A stretch of 64,000 bases of DNA from Candidatus Woesebacteria bacterium (lineage in GTDB: Bacteria > Patescibacteriota > Microgenomatia > UBA1400 > UBA1396), in NCBI GenBank assembly GCA_963749595.1, contig CAVVNJ010000003.1, forward strand, positions 89,532 through 153,531, written 5' to 3'. The notes below the pieces were generated by a model. That model saw nothing but the letters and a program-made list of their open reading frames with translations. It did no database searches and was not told the origin of the DNA. Every line of letters starts with the position of its first letter. Within the stretch, counting starts at the first letter, position 1. A program made the translations under genes and the position numbers. Shown one piece after another: positions 1 through 9,648 of this stretch.

Positions 1-483
1 GGCGACCATTGTCCGGGCCAGCTGGGTTTGCAGCCACCACTCATCCCCGTCAGCCACGATTTGTCGGAACAGACGGTGGATCTCCGAGTAGGGCTTAATT
101 TTTAGGCCATCGCAAAAAGCAAAGACTAATTTTGGCAACGTAAAAGATTCAATTTTCCAGATTTTTAGATCAATCGTTTTTTTCAAACCCGCCCCGGGTT
201 CTTTACCAATCGAGACCACTACGTCATCGGTCGATTCGGCCAATGCCTGGATCAAGGTCGCCTGCTGTTTTGGTGAGCGGATTTTCTCCAAGCCACCAAT
301 GGCCCAGACGGTGGGCTGGGCGAACATCGCCTGGGTTCCGAGCTCGGATAATAAGGAGTCAGGATCGTCCTTGCCTAAATTGAAACGCCGGACGGTTCTC
401 CCCTGCCCTTGGATACTATTAACTACGACCTGCTCGCGGGTTGCCCGTCTAACTTCGTCTTCTCCCGCCAGAATGAGTTTCAT
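1..483 (-). CDS. DNA polymerase III delta subunit (HolA)-like protein, N-terminal part; the gene runs off the window
   Basis: Absent from the ORF track because there is no stop inside the window. Reading the reverse strand from the ATG at 483-481 gives an open frame down to position 1: MKLILAGEDEVRRATREQVVVNSIQ...LLSELGTQAMFAQPTVWAIGGLEKIRSPKQQATLIQALAE... The layout resembles HolA N-terminal domains. A TAGAAT -10 box (491-496, reverse strand) lies 7 nt upstream of this ATG. Confidence 0.4.
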   Translation of the reverse strand, partial: MKLILAGEDEVRRATREQVVVNSIQGQGRTVRRFNLGKDDPDSLLSELGTQAMFAQPTVWAIGGLEKIRSPKQQATLIQALAESTDDVVVSIGKEPGAGLKKTIDLKIWKIESFTLPKLVFAFCDGLKIKPYSEIHRLFRQIVADGDEWWLQTQLARTMVA

Positions 484-501
484 CACCATGATTCTATCGC
501 C

Positions 502-510
502 TGGTACAAT
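502..510 (+). promoter_or_regulatory. Extended -10 promoter TGgTACAAT, 8 nt upstream of the ATG at 519
   Basis: TG at 502-503 and TACAAT at 505-510. The identical TGgTACAAT + 8 nt + ATG arrangement recurs in front of metG (25938-25946). Confidence 0.5.
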
Positions 511-518
511 ATAACTCT

Positions 519-911
519 ATGACTGCTGATAGTTCCTCCGAAACTTCCACCCTGACGCTTCAACAAATGATTTCCGATTACCAGGATATTCATTTGTTAC
601 TTAACGCCCAGTGGCCAATCGAGTCCAAAAACGAACGGCTTTTTGCGCGTATGTTGAAATTAACGGAAGAATTGGGCGAATTATCTAATGAAGTCTTAAC
701 GAAATTGGGCTTGCAGCGCAAAGAAAAAGTGGCGGCCTATGAGGAATACCATTTGGAAGATGAACTGGCCGATGTGATTGGTTCGGCGGTTTTATTGGCG
801 ATCGAGTTGGATATTGATCTGGCCGCGATCATGAAGCGCAAGATTGACTTTACGATTGATCGCTTGAGCGCCGAGGCCGAGCGGGGCGAAGCGGCGAGTG
901 CTGATCTGTAA
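519..911 (+). CDS. MazG-like all-alpha nucleotide pyrophosphohydrolase
   Basis: 130 aa. Shows the paired acidic helices typical of the MazG/NTP-PPase fold: LKLTEELGELSNEV and HLEDELADVIGSAVLLAIELDIDL. Confidence 0.6.
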   Translation: MTADSSSETSTLTLQQMISDYQDIHLLLNAQWPIESKNERLFARMLKLTEELGELSNEVLTKLGLQRKEKVAAYEEYHLEDELADVIGSAVLLAIELDIDLAAIMKRKIDFTIDRLSAEAERGEAASADL

Positions 912-930
912 GGTCTGACCTTTGGCCAAC

Positions 931-2082
931 TTAGGCCTGGAGGGTCTGACCTTCAGGAAGTGATTCTGTTTTCCCCTCGTCTAGCATCCCGTGCCGGTAA
1001 TCCTCGATTCGTCGAATGCGAAGATCCATCTGTTTGTAACGAGTGGTGGTGATTTGGTCGTAAGATTTACGCAGCTTGGTAATGTCATCATCAAATTTAT
1101 TAAATTCTCCCTCAAACCTACCCCACTCTTGAATGAAGTCCCCGATATGACGAACAATATCGCGCAGGTGATTTTCCAACATAAAATTGCGATAACTTTC
1201 CAAAACAGTTCGGGCCACGATCAAAAAAGTGAACGGTGAAACGATCATTACCTTTTTAGACATCGCCTCCTCGATCACTTCTGGAGCATTTTGATTGATG
1301 AAAGAAAATAACAATTCATTTGGGACAAACAGAATCGCGTAATCGAGGGTTCCTTTTTCCGGATTGATATATTTGGCGACCTGAGAAATTTTCCCACGAA
1401 CATCTGTGAGAAATTGCTTGCGGGCCAGTCTTTTTTCATCTGTGGTTTCGGCTTCGGCCATTTTTTGTGCGGCGGCATAAGGGAATTTAACATCAACTGC
1501 CACGACACGCTTATTAGGAAGCAAAAGCGTAATATCTGGTTTGTCACCATCATCGAGTTTTTCTTGCCGCACATAGTGGACGCCTGCCACCAAACCAGCT
1601 GAGCGCAGAATATCATCTAGAACCTTCTCACCCCAGCCGCCGCGCTTTTGATTGTTGGAGAGAACAGAACTGAGTTTTTCGGTTGATCCGCGTAGATCTT
1701 TGACGATTTCCTGGTGCTGCTTGATTTGTTCAGCAATTTGGGAGAACTGCTCACCGCGTTTTTGTTCCAACTGTTGCAGCTCAGTGTTGCGTTGATTTAT
1801 TTCCCGTCGTAATTCCCCGACTACTTTCTCAATCTGTTCCTGCTTGTTTTTAAGATCAGTGGTAATGATTTCCTTTTCCCCAGCCAAAACACGTTTGCTT
1901 TGCTCGGTAATCTTGCCCGCCACCTCTCCAAAAACTTCGTTAACCAGACTCTTGAGGATGCTGCGCTGCTCTTCCTCGTCCTTAGCAGGAGTTGCTTTTC
2001 TTAGTTGGCTAGCCAGCCACAGCCCAACGGCGAAGATTGCTATGATGTTCACAACCACAATTAGAAAGAGTTCGAAGTTCAT
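931..2082 (-). CDS. rmuC: DNA recombination protein RmuC
   Basis: N-terminal TM helix, a long coiled coil, then the RmuC nuclease-like core (GGWGEKVLDDILRSAGL, ITLLLPNKRVVAVDVKFP, ILFVPNELLFSF, MIVSPFTFLIVARTV). Start moved to MNFELFL (ATG at 2082) because a TGcCATACT -10 box lies 6 nt upstream on this strand. Confidence 0.85.
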   Translation of the reverse strand: MNFELFLIVVVNIIAIFAVGLWLASQLRKATPAKDEEEQRSILKSLVNEVFGEVAGKITEQSKRVLAGEKEIITTDLKNKQEQIEKVVGELRREINQRNTELQQLEQKRGEQFSQIAEQIKQHQEIVKDLRGSTEKLSSVLSNNQKRGGWGEKVLDDILRSAGLVAGVHYVRQEKLDDGDKPDITLLLPNKRVVAVDVKFPYAAAQKMAEAETTDEKRLARKQFLTDVRGKISQVAKYINPEKGTLDYAILFVPNELLFSFINQNAPEVIEEAMSKKVMIVSPFTFLIVARTVLESYRNFMLENHLRDIVRHIGDFIQEWGRFEGEFNKFDDDITKLRKSYDQITTTRYKQMDLRIRRIEDYRHGMLDEGKTESLPEGQTLQA

Positions 2083-2148
2083 CGCCCCAGTATGGCACAC
2101 CCTCTTGCCAAAACCAACCCGAAACGTTAGTGTGTAACCACTTTCGCT

Positions 2149-2457
2149 ATGAAAAGCCCACTTTCACTGACAAAAGCGCTGTGCGCGGTAATGGTGCGGA
2201 AGCGTCCTCCGGAAGCATTTTCTTTTCTGGCGGCGGTATTCACGGAGAAAGAGTTGGAGCTAGCTGAGAAAAGACTCCGGATTGCAGTTTTGTTAGACGA
2301 GCAACTCCCCTACTCTCAGATTCAAAAAGAACTGAAAGTATCGGCCGCAACGGTGGCGATGGTCTCGGAAATGAAACAAGAGGATATTTTTGCTAAACTA
2401 CTTTTGCAGATTCAGCGTGAGTTATCAAGGTTTCGCTGGTTAAAAGGGAGATCATGA
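2149..2457 (+). CDS. TrpR/YerC-YecD-like helix-turn-helix protein
   Basis: 102 aa. FTEKELELAEKRLRIAVLLDEQLPYSQIQKELKVSAATVAMVS matches the TrpR-like YerC/YecD pattern (xxExxxLxxRlxIaxlLxxxxxYxxIxxxxgvSxATI). Confidence 0.55.
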   Translation: MKSPLSLTKALCAVMVRKRPPEAFSFLAAVFTEKELELAEKRLRIAVLLDEQLPYSQIQKELKVSAATVAMVSEMKQEDIFAKLLLQIQRELSRFRWLKGRS

Positions 2458-2909
2458 TCAGATCGGTCGATAAAGCAAAAAATGAGTTAGTCGATCCAGA
2501 AAAAGTGAATTTTATACTTGAACTTTGCCGTCATTACTTGAATGATTATGTTCAAGCGGTTCCCGATCGAGTCATCTCCGGTGGTTGGGCCATCGATAGT
2601 CAAGGAATCAGAACAAAAGTTTCTGATAAAGCCACCCGTTGGAAAGTCCAGAGAAACTGGCTGGCCGGTGTAGTAACGGTGGCCGGAACGATTAAGCGAA
2701 GTTTTCCCCGAACTTCCTCAATTTGGCAGAAAGCCGATGTCTACGAGAAGAAGATTATTAGCCGGGAGAATATTCCTGAGTCGGAGGATCCGGATCGCCT
2801 AATTGATGTCAATGGCACCGTTCACCGATTAACCACTTCAGCCGAAGTAAATGACTCGGATAAATTCCTGAATGAAGCGGTTGCGTATTTACAATCACAG
2901 TTGACATGA
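2454..2909 (+). CDS. Hypothetical protein (151 aa)
   Basis: ATGA overlap with the upstream TrpR-like gene. No recognisable motifs. It is the last gene before the paralog array. Confidence 0.5.
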   Translation: MIRSVDKAKNELVDPEKVNFILELCRHYLNDYVQAVPDRVISGGWAIDSQGIRTKVSDKATRWKVQRNWLAGVVTVAGTIKRSFPRTSSIWQKADVYEKKIISRENIPESEDPDRLIDVNGTVHRLTTSAEVNDSDKFLNEAVAYLQSQLT

Positions 2910-2951
2910 CTGTTTTCGTTGCCCCCTAGCAGCAAATAGTATTACTTATTG

Positions 2952-2960
2952 TGTTATAAT
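2952..2960 (+). promoter_or_regulatory. Extended -10 promoter TGtTATAAT upstream of array copy 1
   Basis: TG at 2952-2953 and TATAAT at 2955-2960, 20 nt before the ATG at 2981. This is the only array promoter with a leader longer than 9 nt. Confidence 0.4.
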
Positions 2961-2980
2961 CTGGTCCCTGAAACCAAGTT

Positions 2981-3886
2981 ATGCCACGCGCACAAGAGAG
3001 ATTATCAGCCGAGCTATTTACCGTACGGGAAATCGAGATCGAAACGAAACGGGTAATTGCCGATCACCTGCCGACGATCTACGCCACTCGTAGTCGTACC
3101 GGGGATAGATTTTTGGATCCAATTCCACCCAACCAGATTGAATCTCACATCCGGCATTTTTTTTCCGAAGCCGATGAGGCCATTTTGGCTGCTGGCAAGC
3201 TGAGTCGCAGCCCGAGCGAAATTGTCCACCAGTTTCAATTATTTTTCCGTCAGTTGTACACCGTTGCCCAGATCGAAACGCAACTAGGAGCGATCGAAAA
3301 TGGTCGGACTGAGGCCTTAAAATTGACATCCGGATGCGAAGAACAAATTGAATATTTATTCGTCCATAGTGCCTCCGGCAATCTTTTTTCCCGTTGCGCC
3401 GCGATTAATTCCGGTCACAAAGGCTCAATTGGAGTAGTGGTAGTAATCGATGACGTAGCTCATTCTGGATCTCAGATGGGTTATGCTTTTGATCGCGCCA
3501 AGCGCACATATCCAGGGCGTCCGGTCGTGGTTTCGGTGGGGGTGATAACCGAGCGGGCCAAGGAATACATCCAAAGATCGATGGATCGAGATTTTGATAA
3601 ATTGCTTTATGTTGAAAACAGATTTTCTTTGAAGGAAATGATCGAGGCGGTGCCCGGACGAAAGAGGCGGAATGAGCTTACTAAGTTAGCCGAAACTTTC
3701 TTTACCGAGCAGCGCAATTTTGACTTTACCATTTCTGTTCGGGCTACTCACATCATCACCCCTTTTAAATTGCCGGACACCACTTCAAACGGCCCATTGG
3801 CGTTAATTCTCAACAACGATCGGGTTACTACCTTTATTCCTAGCCGTGCACTAACCCCTAATCGCTTGTACCCGACTGTGTTATGA
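2981..3886 (+). CDS. Array paralog 1/24, uncharacterised HSG-Q / THxxTPFKxPD family (short subtype, 301 aa)
   Basis: Motifs in order: IETKRVIADHLPTIYA; HIRHFF; FRQLYTVAQIETQ; VIDDVAHSGSQM; VVVSVGVITERA; ATHIITPFKLPDTTSNG; ends LYPTVL-stop. Confidence 0.9.
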   Translation: MPRAQERLSAELFTVREIEIETKRVIADHLPTIYATRSRTGDRFLDPIPPNQIESHIRHFFSEADEAILAAGKLSRSPSEIVHQFQLFFRQLYTVAQIETQLGAIENGRTEALKLTSGCEEQIEYLFVHSASGNLFSRCAAINSGHKGSIGVVVVIDDVAHSGSQMGYAFDRAKRTYPGRPVVVSVGVITERAKEYIQRSMDRDFDKLLYVENRFSLKEMIEAVPGRKRRNELTKLAETFFTEQRNFDFTISVRATHIITPFKLPDTTSNGPLALILNNDRVTTFIPSRALTPNRLYPTVL

Positions 3887-3895
3887 AATAGGCCT

Positions 3896-4822
3896 ATGAA
3901 AGAATCCCCCGAAATAGTTAGAGATTGTTACCTGGAGGGCCAGATAGAAACCCAAACTCAACGGGTTATTTCCGATCATCTTCCAACCATCTATGCGGTG
4001 GAAAAAGAAAGCGGCAGTTCTTTGGGCGAACCCTATGAATCGGAGAAAGTAGCTAAACATATTAGAAGTTTCTTTTATCAGGTTGACCTGGTGATAGATC
4101 AAGCTGGGAAAATACTTCAATCGCCACCAGAAGTTCAGAATGAATTTCGATTGATGTTTCGCCGTCTCTATACGGTAACCAATATTCAAGCTCACATCAT
4201 GGCAGTTGAGGAGGGTCAAAAAACTGCCCTGAAAATAACGGGCGGCAAACCCGAAAAAATATATGCAACCACTCCCCTGAGTCATTCGGGCCATTTATTT
4301 CTCCGGAACATGAAATTGGGATTTGCCAACTCGCCCTGTGTTAATCTTTGTACCAATAATCAAGGTATTGAGGCGATTTTGATTACCGACGATGTGTCTC
4401 ATTCCGGCTCGCAAATCGCGCAACTAGTATTGAGTCTAAAAGCTGCCCATCCAATGCCGATAGTAATTTCCTTGGGAGCGATTACTACTCGCGCCCAGGA
4501 TTTTATTCGTCAGTATCTTAATCCAAGTCAGGATTTGTTGATCGCCCAGGAATTAAAGTTAAGTTTAGAAGACATGATTGGCAAAATTAAACCGGAAAAA
4601 AAACACGAACAGCTACTACGGTTGGCTCAGGCATATTTCCAACGTCAAGGAGTGGACGTCGCCAAAGGAATGCAGGCTACCCACGTCATCACCCCGTTCA
4701 AATTACCAGATGATTTTTCCAACGGTGAGCTCTCTGTGGTCAAATCAAAAAGTGGGGAAATAACATTTGCTCTACGGCGGGTGAATACGTATCGCGACCG
4801 TTACTACCCAGAAGTATTTTAG
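3896..4822 (+). CDS. Array paralog 2/24 (short subtype, 308 aa)
   Basis: TQTQRVISDHLPTIYA; HIRSFF; FRRLYTVTNIQAH; ITDDVSHSGSQI; IVISLGAITTRA; ATHVITPFKLPDDFSNG; ends YYPEVF-stop. Confidence 0.9.
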   Translation: MKESPEIVRDCYLEGQIETQTQRVISDHLPTIYAVEKESGSSLGEPYESEKVAKHIRSFFYQVDLVIDQAGKILQSPPEVQNEFRLMFRRLYTVTNIQAHIMAVEEGQKTALKITGGKPEKIYATTPLSHSGHLFLRNMKLGFANSPCVNLCTNNQGIEAILITDDVSHSGSQIAQLVLSLKAAHPMPIVISLGAITTRAQDFIRQYLNPSQDLLIAQELKLSLEDMIGKIKPEKKHEQLLRLAQAYFQRQGVDVAKGMQATHVITPFKLPDDFSNGELSVVKSKSGEITFALRRVNTYRDRYYPEVF

Positions 4823-4827
4823 GACTT

Positions 4828-5754
4828 ATGGCTAATCGAGAAACCAACAATATCAAATCCGGGGAATTTAAAAGTCTCGCCGAAAGGATCGAACAGGAAA
4901 CCCGGCGAATTATTAACGAGCATCTGCCCACGGTTTATTCCATTAAGCCCAATGTCGATCCGACCAAGCGGTTGTTGTATTCTTCCCAGGAAGTTGAGTG
5001 TCACATCCGTTTCTTTTTTGATCAGGTTGATAAAGTTATTGAACAAGCGGGTTTAGAATTACTTTCTCCCAAGTCAGTTATGGGCGAGTTTAAATTAATG
5101 GTTCGTCGGTTGTATACCGTTGTGGGAGTTGAGTGTCAGACCAGAGCCATTGAAGCCGGAATGGCGGCGGCGCTGAAAATAGCCAAGCATCCGGAAAAAA
5201 TTTGGACGGTCGTTCCCAGTAGCCAGTCTGGTTGCTTATTTTCCCGTAGTGCTCCTCTTGCCTCAGTATTGCCGCAAGAAATTGAACCCAGCTTCGAGAT
5301 TAGAGTAATTCTAATTTTGGACGACGTCACTCATTCCGGATCCCAACTGGCCGGTTTGATTGGGACCTATAAAGCGGCCAACTCAACTTGGCCGATTGTT
5401 GTTTCCGTGGGCGCAGTTACGGAGCGGGCCAGGAGAAGGCTGGGATCCATACTTGGACCCGCCGATCAGCTGCTAGCGCAAGAACACCCCCTGTCTCTTG
5501 CGGAAATGATTGACCAGGTAAGCTTCATCCAGCGCCGGAATAGGCTGAGACAATTAGCAGTTCGTTATTTTGAGTTGCAAGAATGCAGTCCGATTGGAGC
5601 CATGGAAGCTACCCATATCATTACACCCTTCAAATTGCCGGACTATCTCTCTAACGGTGAATTAGGTGGCGTGGTTTGTGACAAAGTTGAAACCAATTTT
5701 ACCTTGTTGCCAGCTTATGTTGGGGATTTGAAGCTTTATCCATCAATCCTATAA
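4828..5754 (+). CDS. Array paralog 3/24 (short subtype, 308 aa)
   Basis: QETRRIINEHLPTVYS; HIRFFF; VRRLYTVVGVECQ; ILDDVTHSGSQL; IVVSVGAVTERA; ATHIITPFKLPDYLSNG; ends LYPSIL-stop. Confidence 0.9.
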   Translation: MANRETNNIKSGEFKSLAERIEQETRRIINEHLPTVYSIKPNVDPTKRLLYSSQEVECHIRFFFDQVDKVIEQAGLELLSPKSVMGEFKLMVRRLYTVVGVECQTRAIEAGMAAALKIAKHPEKIWTVVPSSQSGCLFSRSAPLASVLPQEIEPSFEIRVILILDDVTHSGSQLAGLIGTYKAANSTWPIVVSVGAVTERARRRLGSILGPADQLLAQEHPLSLAEMIDQVSFIQRRNRLRQLAVRYFELQECSPIGAMEATHIITPFKLPDYLSNGELGGVVCDKVETNFTLLPAYVGDLKLYPSIL

Positions 5755-5761
5755 GGGAATT

Positions 5762-6680
5762 ATGACCACTAAAGAACGAAAAATTCCAATTGAGATTGGG
5801 CCGCAAAAAGAAATTGAGCGGGAAACGCGGCGGATTATTGATGAGCATTTGCCAACCGTTTATTCTTTGCGCGGTGTCCCGGGGACTAATCGGGCCCCCT
5901 ACTCTCCGAAAACGGTTGAAAGACATCTTTTTCATTTTTTTGCTATCGCCGACAAAATTATTGAAAGTTCAGCCAGTGAGTTGCGGCTGGATCCAATGTA
6001 TATTACTATCTTTAAATTGATGTATCGCCAGTTATTTAGCGTGGCCGCGGTGGAGACTCAGATTAAAGCGATCGAACAAGGGAAAGCGGTGGCCCTGAAA
6101 CTGGCGGGACAGGACAGCGCTATCGGCTTTCCCATTCCAACCAGCGAATCTGCCAGGCTGTTTATTGAGAGCTCAAAATTAATTTTCCTAAATAGCCAAA
6201 AAAGGAAGAAGCCACGCGTTTCTCTCTTGGTGGACGATGTGGCTCATTCGGGGTCGCAGATGGCGGTAAAAATATATCGGGCAAAAAAAAAAGAATCCAG
6301 ACGCTCCAGTGGTAGTTTCGGTTGGAGTAATCACTGATCGGGCGATCGTGAAAATTAGAGAGGACATGACCGTCAACGATATTCTACTTTACCAAGAGAA
6401 GAAGCTTTGTCTAGAAGAGATGATTGCCAGGTTTCCCGACTACAACGGTCGGCAAAAATTGCTGGCTTTGGCCAAACGATTTTTTCATTCTCAGGGGTTG
6501 GACGCAGAGGGTGAGGAAAATGGCGGTTTACGGGCTACCCATATCATTACCCCCTTTAAGCTGCCTGATCGTTGTTCCAATGGCACATTAAGAGGCGTTA
6601 GATACCAAGATGAGTACGTCTTATTTACCCTTTTTGACGTTGATGTTAGCCTTGATAGCTTTTATCCCAAAGTGATTTGA
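5762..6680 (+). pseudogene. Array paralog 4/24, frameshifted in an A10 homopolymer
   Basis: ORF 5762-6337 carries RETRRIIDEHLPTVYS, FKLMYRQLFSVAAVETQ and LVDDVAHSGSQM, then reads YRAKKKESRRSSGSFGWSNH-stop. After the A10 run (6283-6292) the next frame reads NPDAPVVVSVGVITDRA...ATHIITPFKLPDRCSNG...FYPKVI-stop (ORF 6309-6680). A single 1-nt change in the run would restore a full-length copy. Confidence 0.85.
6283..6292 (+). repeat. A10 homopolymer at the frameshift site of copy 4
   Basis: Counted directly: gc + aaaaaaaaaa + g at 6281-6293. Confidence 0.95.
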
Positions 6681-6689
6681 AAGACCCCT

Positions 6690-7688
6690 ATGTTCCGTCG
6701 CTCCGCTGAAAATTCCTATTATTCTGAAATTAATCTTGACCGGCAGATTGAGCGGGAAACACAGCGGGTAATTGCCGATCATGTACCGACGATCTATGCC
6801 GTTCAAGGTTGGGCCTCGTCAGAATATGGCTACCCATTTTCGATTGCGACCGTTGATTCAGTTTGTGAGCAAGCCGCCGCCGCCCCGCAAAAAGTTGAGC
6901 AGCAAATTCGAAATTTTTTTGCGGCGGCGGACGAACTAATCGTCGAATCCGGCGCGCGACGCCAGATATCCCCGGATTCGGTTGAACGGTTTAAAATATT
7001 CTTCCGTCGACTTTACACGGTTGCTACGCCCGAGCTTCTTATTGGTGCGATTGAATCCGGTCAGACGACGGCTCGGAAACTTGTTGGTGGTGAGGAAAAT
7101 CGAGTTCTCTACTGGCAATCAGCCGGAAAATCGGGTGAATTGTTTCGCCACAACCTAGATTCGCGCTTCTATAATCCAAGTGGAGTGCTTACTCAGCCAG
7201 ATTATTCGCTAATTGATAAGCGATATCCTAAAGTGGCACTAATAGTGGATGATGTTATTCATTCTGGAGACCAGATCTGGAGATCGATCCGGGATGCCCG
7301 GGATTACCTGCCCCGCTCGGTGTCAATTGTGGTTTCGGTTGGTGCGACCACCACGCGAGGGTTGGAATCGGTTCGGAAGGTCTTGCGATCCAAAGACATT
7401 CTTATTTTTCAAGAAAAAAGATTGGGGTTAGGTGAGCTGATCGCCACTGCCCAAGTTTCGAAAAAACAGAAAAAGGAGTTATTAAAATTAGCGGCCGATT
7501 TTTTTTCTACCCAGGGATATGAGGTAAAAGTTGGTTTGTCAGCCACCCACATTATCACTACCTTTAAACTTCCCGATCGGCTTTCCAATGGCTGCTTGCG
7601 AAGTTTGACTGTCCAGGGACAACGAGTAGAATTCACACCCAAACCAGTATCACCTAAAATTCACCGTCTTTATCCCCAGGCGCTATAA
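6690..7688 (+). CDS. Array paralog 5/24 (QGWAS-insert subtype, 332 aa)
   Basis: RETQRVIADHVPTIYAVQGWASSEYGYPF; QIRNFF; FRRLYTVATPE; IVDDVIHSGDQI; IVVSVGATTTRG; ATHIITTFKLPDRLSNG; ends LYPQAL-stop. Confidence 0.9.
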   Translation: MFRRSAENSYYSEINLDRQIERETQRVIADHVPTIYAVQGWASSEYGYPFSIATVDSVCEQAAAAPQKVEQQIRNFFAAADELIVESGARRQISPDSVERFKIFFRRLYTVATPELLIGAIESGQTTARKLVGGEENRVLYWQSAGKSGELFRHNLDSRFYNPSGVLTQPDYSLIDKRYPKVALIVDDVIHSGDQIWRSIRDARDYLPRSVSIVVSVGATTTRGLESVRKVLRSKDILIFQEKRLGLGELIATAQVSKKQKKELLKLAADFFSTQGYEVKVGLSATHIITTFKLPDRLSNGCLRSLTVQGQRVEFTPKPVSPKIHRLYPQAL

Positions 7689-7696
7689 GGAAAAAC

Positions 7697-8623
7697 ATGA
7701 GAATTCGAACGGAAAGAAATCACGAAAGACAGTTGATTGGCGCCCAAATCGAAGCGGAAACGCAGCGGATTATTGATACTCACTGGCCAACGATCTATTC
7801 GCTGCAAGGAACGGAAATCGCGAATCGGAGGCAGTTTACTCCTGAGGAAATGGCCGAACACGTTCGTCATTTTTTCTCTCAAGTGGACCAAGTGATTAGA
7901 CAGCAGGCCAAGACCCATCATATCTCCTGCCCGATCGCTGATGAACTATCCCTTGCGATGCGCCAACTCTATACCGTGGCTTCAATTGATTCTCAGATTA
8001 ACGCGGTGCAACAAGGAAAAGAGATGGCTCTAAGCTTGGCTGGTGGAAACAACGAGGCTGTCTACTATGATCGCTTGTTAACCGAATCTGGAAGGCTTTT
8101 CAGTCGGACTCAACACGGAGTATTAGGCAATGATATCTTTCAGCATCCGATTGATCGTCGAGGAAAGAATGTCGTGCTTGTTACCGACGATGTGGCCCAC
8201 TCCGGATCACAAATGGCGATTCATATTGATGCTCTGCAGAGTATTTTTCCGACCACGCCGGTCGTAGCTTCGGTAGGAGTGATTACTAATCGCGGACGGA
8301 AAGTAATTGAGCAGGTTCTAAGAGGCCGAGACCAATTAATATTTCAAGAGAAGCGCCCTGATTTGGTCGAGCTGATCAGTCAGTCACAACATGACCATCG
8401 ACGAGCGGAATTACTGAAGCTGGCATGGCATTTTTTCCGCAGTCAAGGTCAGAATCCGGACGATGGTTTTAAGGCCACGCACATCATCACGCCTTTCAAA
8501 TTGCCTGACGGTGCCTCCAATGGAATCTTGGCAAAGATTTTTTTTTCCGAAAAAATTACCCATTTTACGATGTTTTCCCGGGTCCGTGCCAACCGCGATT
8601 TTATCTATCCGGGCGCGTTATAA
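7697..8623 (+). CDS. Array paralog 6/24 (short subtype, 308 aa)
   Basis: AETQRIIDTHWPTIYS; HVRHFF; MRQLYTVASIDSQ; VTDDVAHSGSQM; VVASVGVITNRG; ATHIITPFKLPDGASNG; ends IYPGAL-stop. Confidence 0.9.
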   Translation: MRIRTERNHERQLIGAQIEAETQRIIDTHWPTIYSLQGTEIANRRQFTPEEMAEHVRHFFSQVDQVIRQQAKTHHISCPIADELSLAMRQLYTVASIDSQINAVQQGKEMALSLAGGNNEAVYYDRLLTESGRLFSRTQHGVLGNDIFQHPIDRRGKNVVLVTDDVAHSGSQMAIHIDALQSIFPTTPVVASVGVITNRGRKVIEQVLRGRDQLIFQEKRPDLVELISQSQHDHRRAELLKLAWHFFRSQGQNPDDGFKATHIITPFKLPDGASNGILAKIFFSEKITHFTMFSRVRANRDFIYPGAL

Positions 8624-8655
8624 CAACCAATATGGTATGCTATCGGTCCTAAATT

Positions 8656-9648
8656 ATGCCAGCACGTCCGGAAAAAGCGATCATTAAAAAAATTGAGGCG
8701 GAAACTCACCGAGTTGTGGCGGATCATCAACCGACGATTTATGCATTGCAGGGGTGGGCTTCCGCTCAGAATGATTTCCCCTATACCAAATATGGGGTCG
8801 GCCTGAAAAATATGTGCGATCAAATCGCGGCCTCCCCGGATCAAGTAGATCAGCACATTCGTAGCTTTTTCAGCCGAGTGGATACAACGATTGACGATGC
8901 CGGCAAAAAAATTAACTCCCCCAACGAAATCATCGCTACGCTGAAGTTGTTTTTACGCCAGCTCTACACGGTTGCTTCGATTGAAAGCCACGTCAAAGCG
9001 GTTGAAGCTGGAGCAGTCGCTGCCCGCAAGCGGGCGGGTGGAAAGAGTGAGAAAGTGTTATTGTATGAAGCCAAGGGTCTATCCGGAGGGGTGTTTCAAA
9101 AAGATCTCGCTCTGATTCCTGCCGGACGGCGGCCCGAGGTGCCGTTGGGTGAAATACCGGACTGGGAACGAGGTCAATACAAAGTAATCCTCGTTGTGGA
9201 TGATGTAGCTCATTCCGGTGAGAATATGTCCCTCAACCTATTACGAGTACGGAACGTCTTTCCGAAAACCCCGGTAATTATTTCGGTGGGCGTAGTCACG
9301 ACGCGAGCACTGGAATGTATTCACACTGACAATCGATTTGACAAGACCGGGGACCAAATAATTTGGCAAGAAAAGCGTCTCAGTCTCGGGGAAATGATTG
9401 CGAAAGTAGAGCCCGAACCCAAACGGCAGGCCCTGCTTGATTTGGCATATGAATATTTTGGCCGTCAATCCCATGGGACTGAATTTGCCTTAAAGGCCAC
9501 CCACATCATTACGCCCTTTAAACTACCCGATCGAACCTCGAACGGTCCGTTGAGCAGGGTTTGTGCCCATCTTAACGACGATGGAGTCACGTTCGCGATG
9601 CATGAGGTGCAGTCAAAAAAGAATAGCTTGTACCCATCGTCTTTTTAA
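8656..9648 (+). CDS. Array paralog 7/24 (QGWAS-insert subtype, 330 aa)
   Basis: AETHRVVADHQPTIYALQGWASAQNDFPY; HIRSFF; LRQLYTVASIESH; VVDDVAHSGENM (N replaces Q); IIISVGVVTTRA; ATHIITPFKLPDRTSNG; ends LYPSSF-stop. Confidence 0.9.
   Translation: MPARPEKAIIKKIEAETHRVVADHQPTIYALQGWASAQNDFPYTKYGVGLKNMCDQIAASPDQVDQHIRSFFSRVDTTIDDAGKKINSPNEIIATLKLFLRQLYTVASIESHVKAVEAGAVAARKRAGGKSEKVLLYEAKGLSGGVFQKDLALIPAGRRPEVPLGEIPDWERGQYKVILVVDDVAHSGENMSLNLLRVRNVFPKTPVIISVGVVTTRALECIHTDNRFDKTGDQIIWQEKRLSLGEMIAKVEPEPKRQALLDLAYEYFGRQSHGTEFALKATHIITPFKLPDRTSNGPLSRVCAHLNDDGVTFAMHEVQSKKNSLYPSSF

Noticed and set aside
299-514. Track ORF of 71 aa on the + strand.
   Set aside because: It lies fully antisense to an uninterrupted reverse-strand frame (1-483) with HolA-like sequence, and its own sequence is low-complexity.
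8624-8655. A possible sixth array promoter (TGgTATGCT at 8633-8641) in the 32-nt gap before copy 7.
   Set aside because: The -10 is weak (TATGCT), there is no -35, and it sits 14 nt from the ATG, unlike the 8-9 nt geometry of the four clear internal promoters. I left it unannotated.
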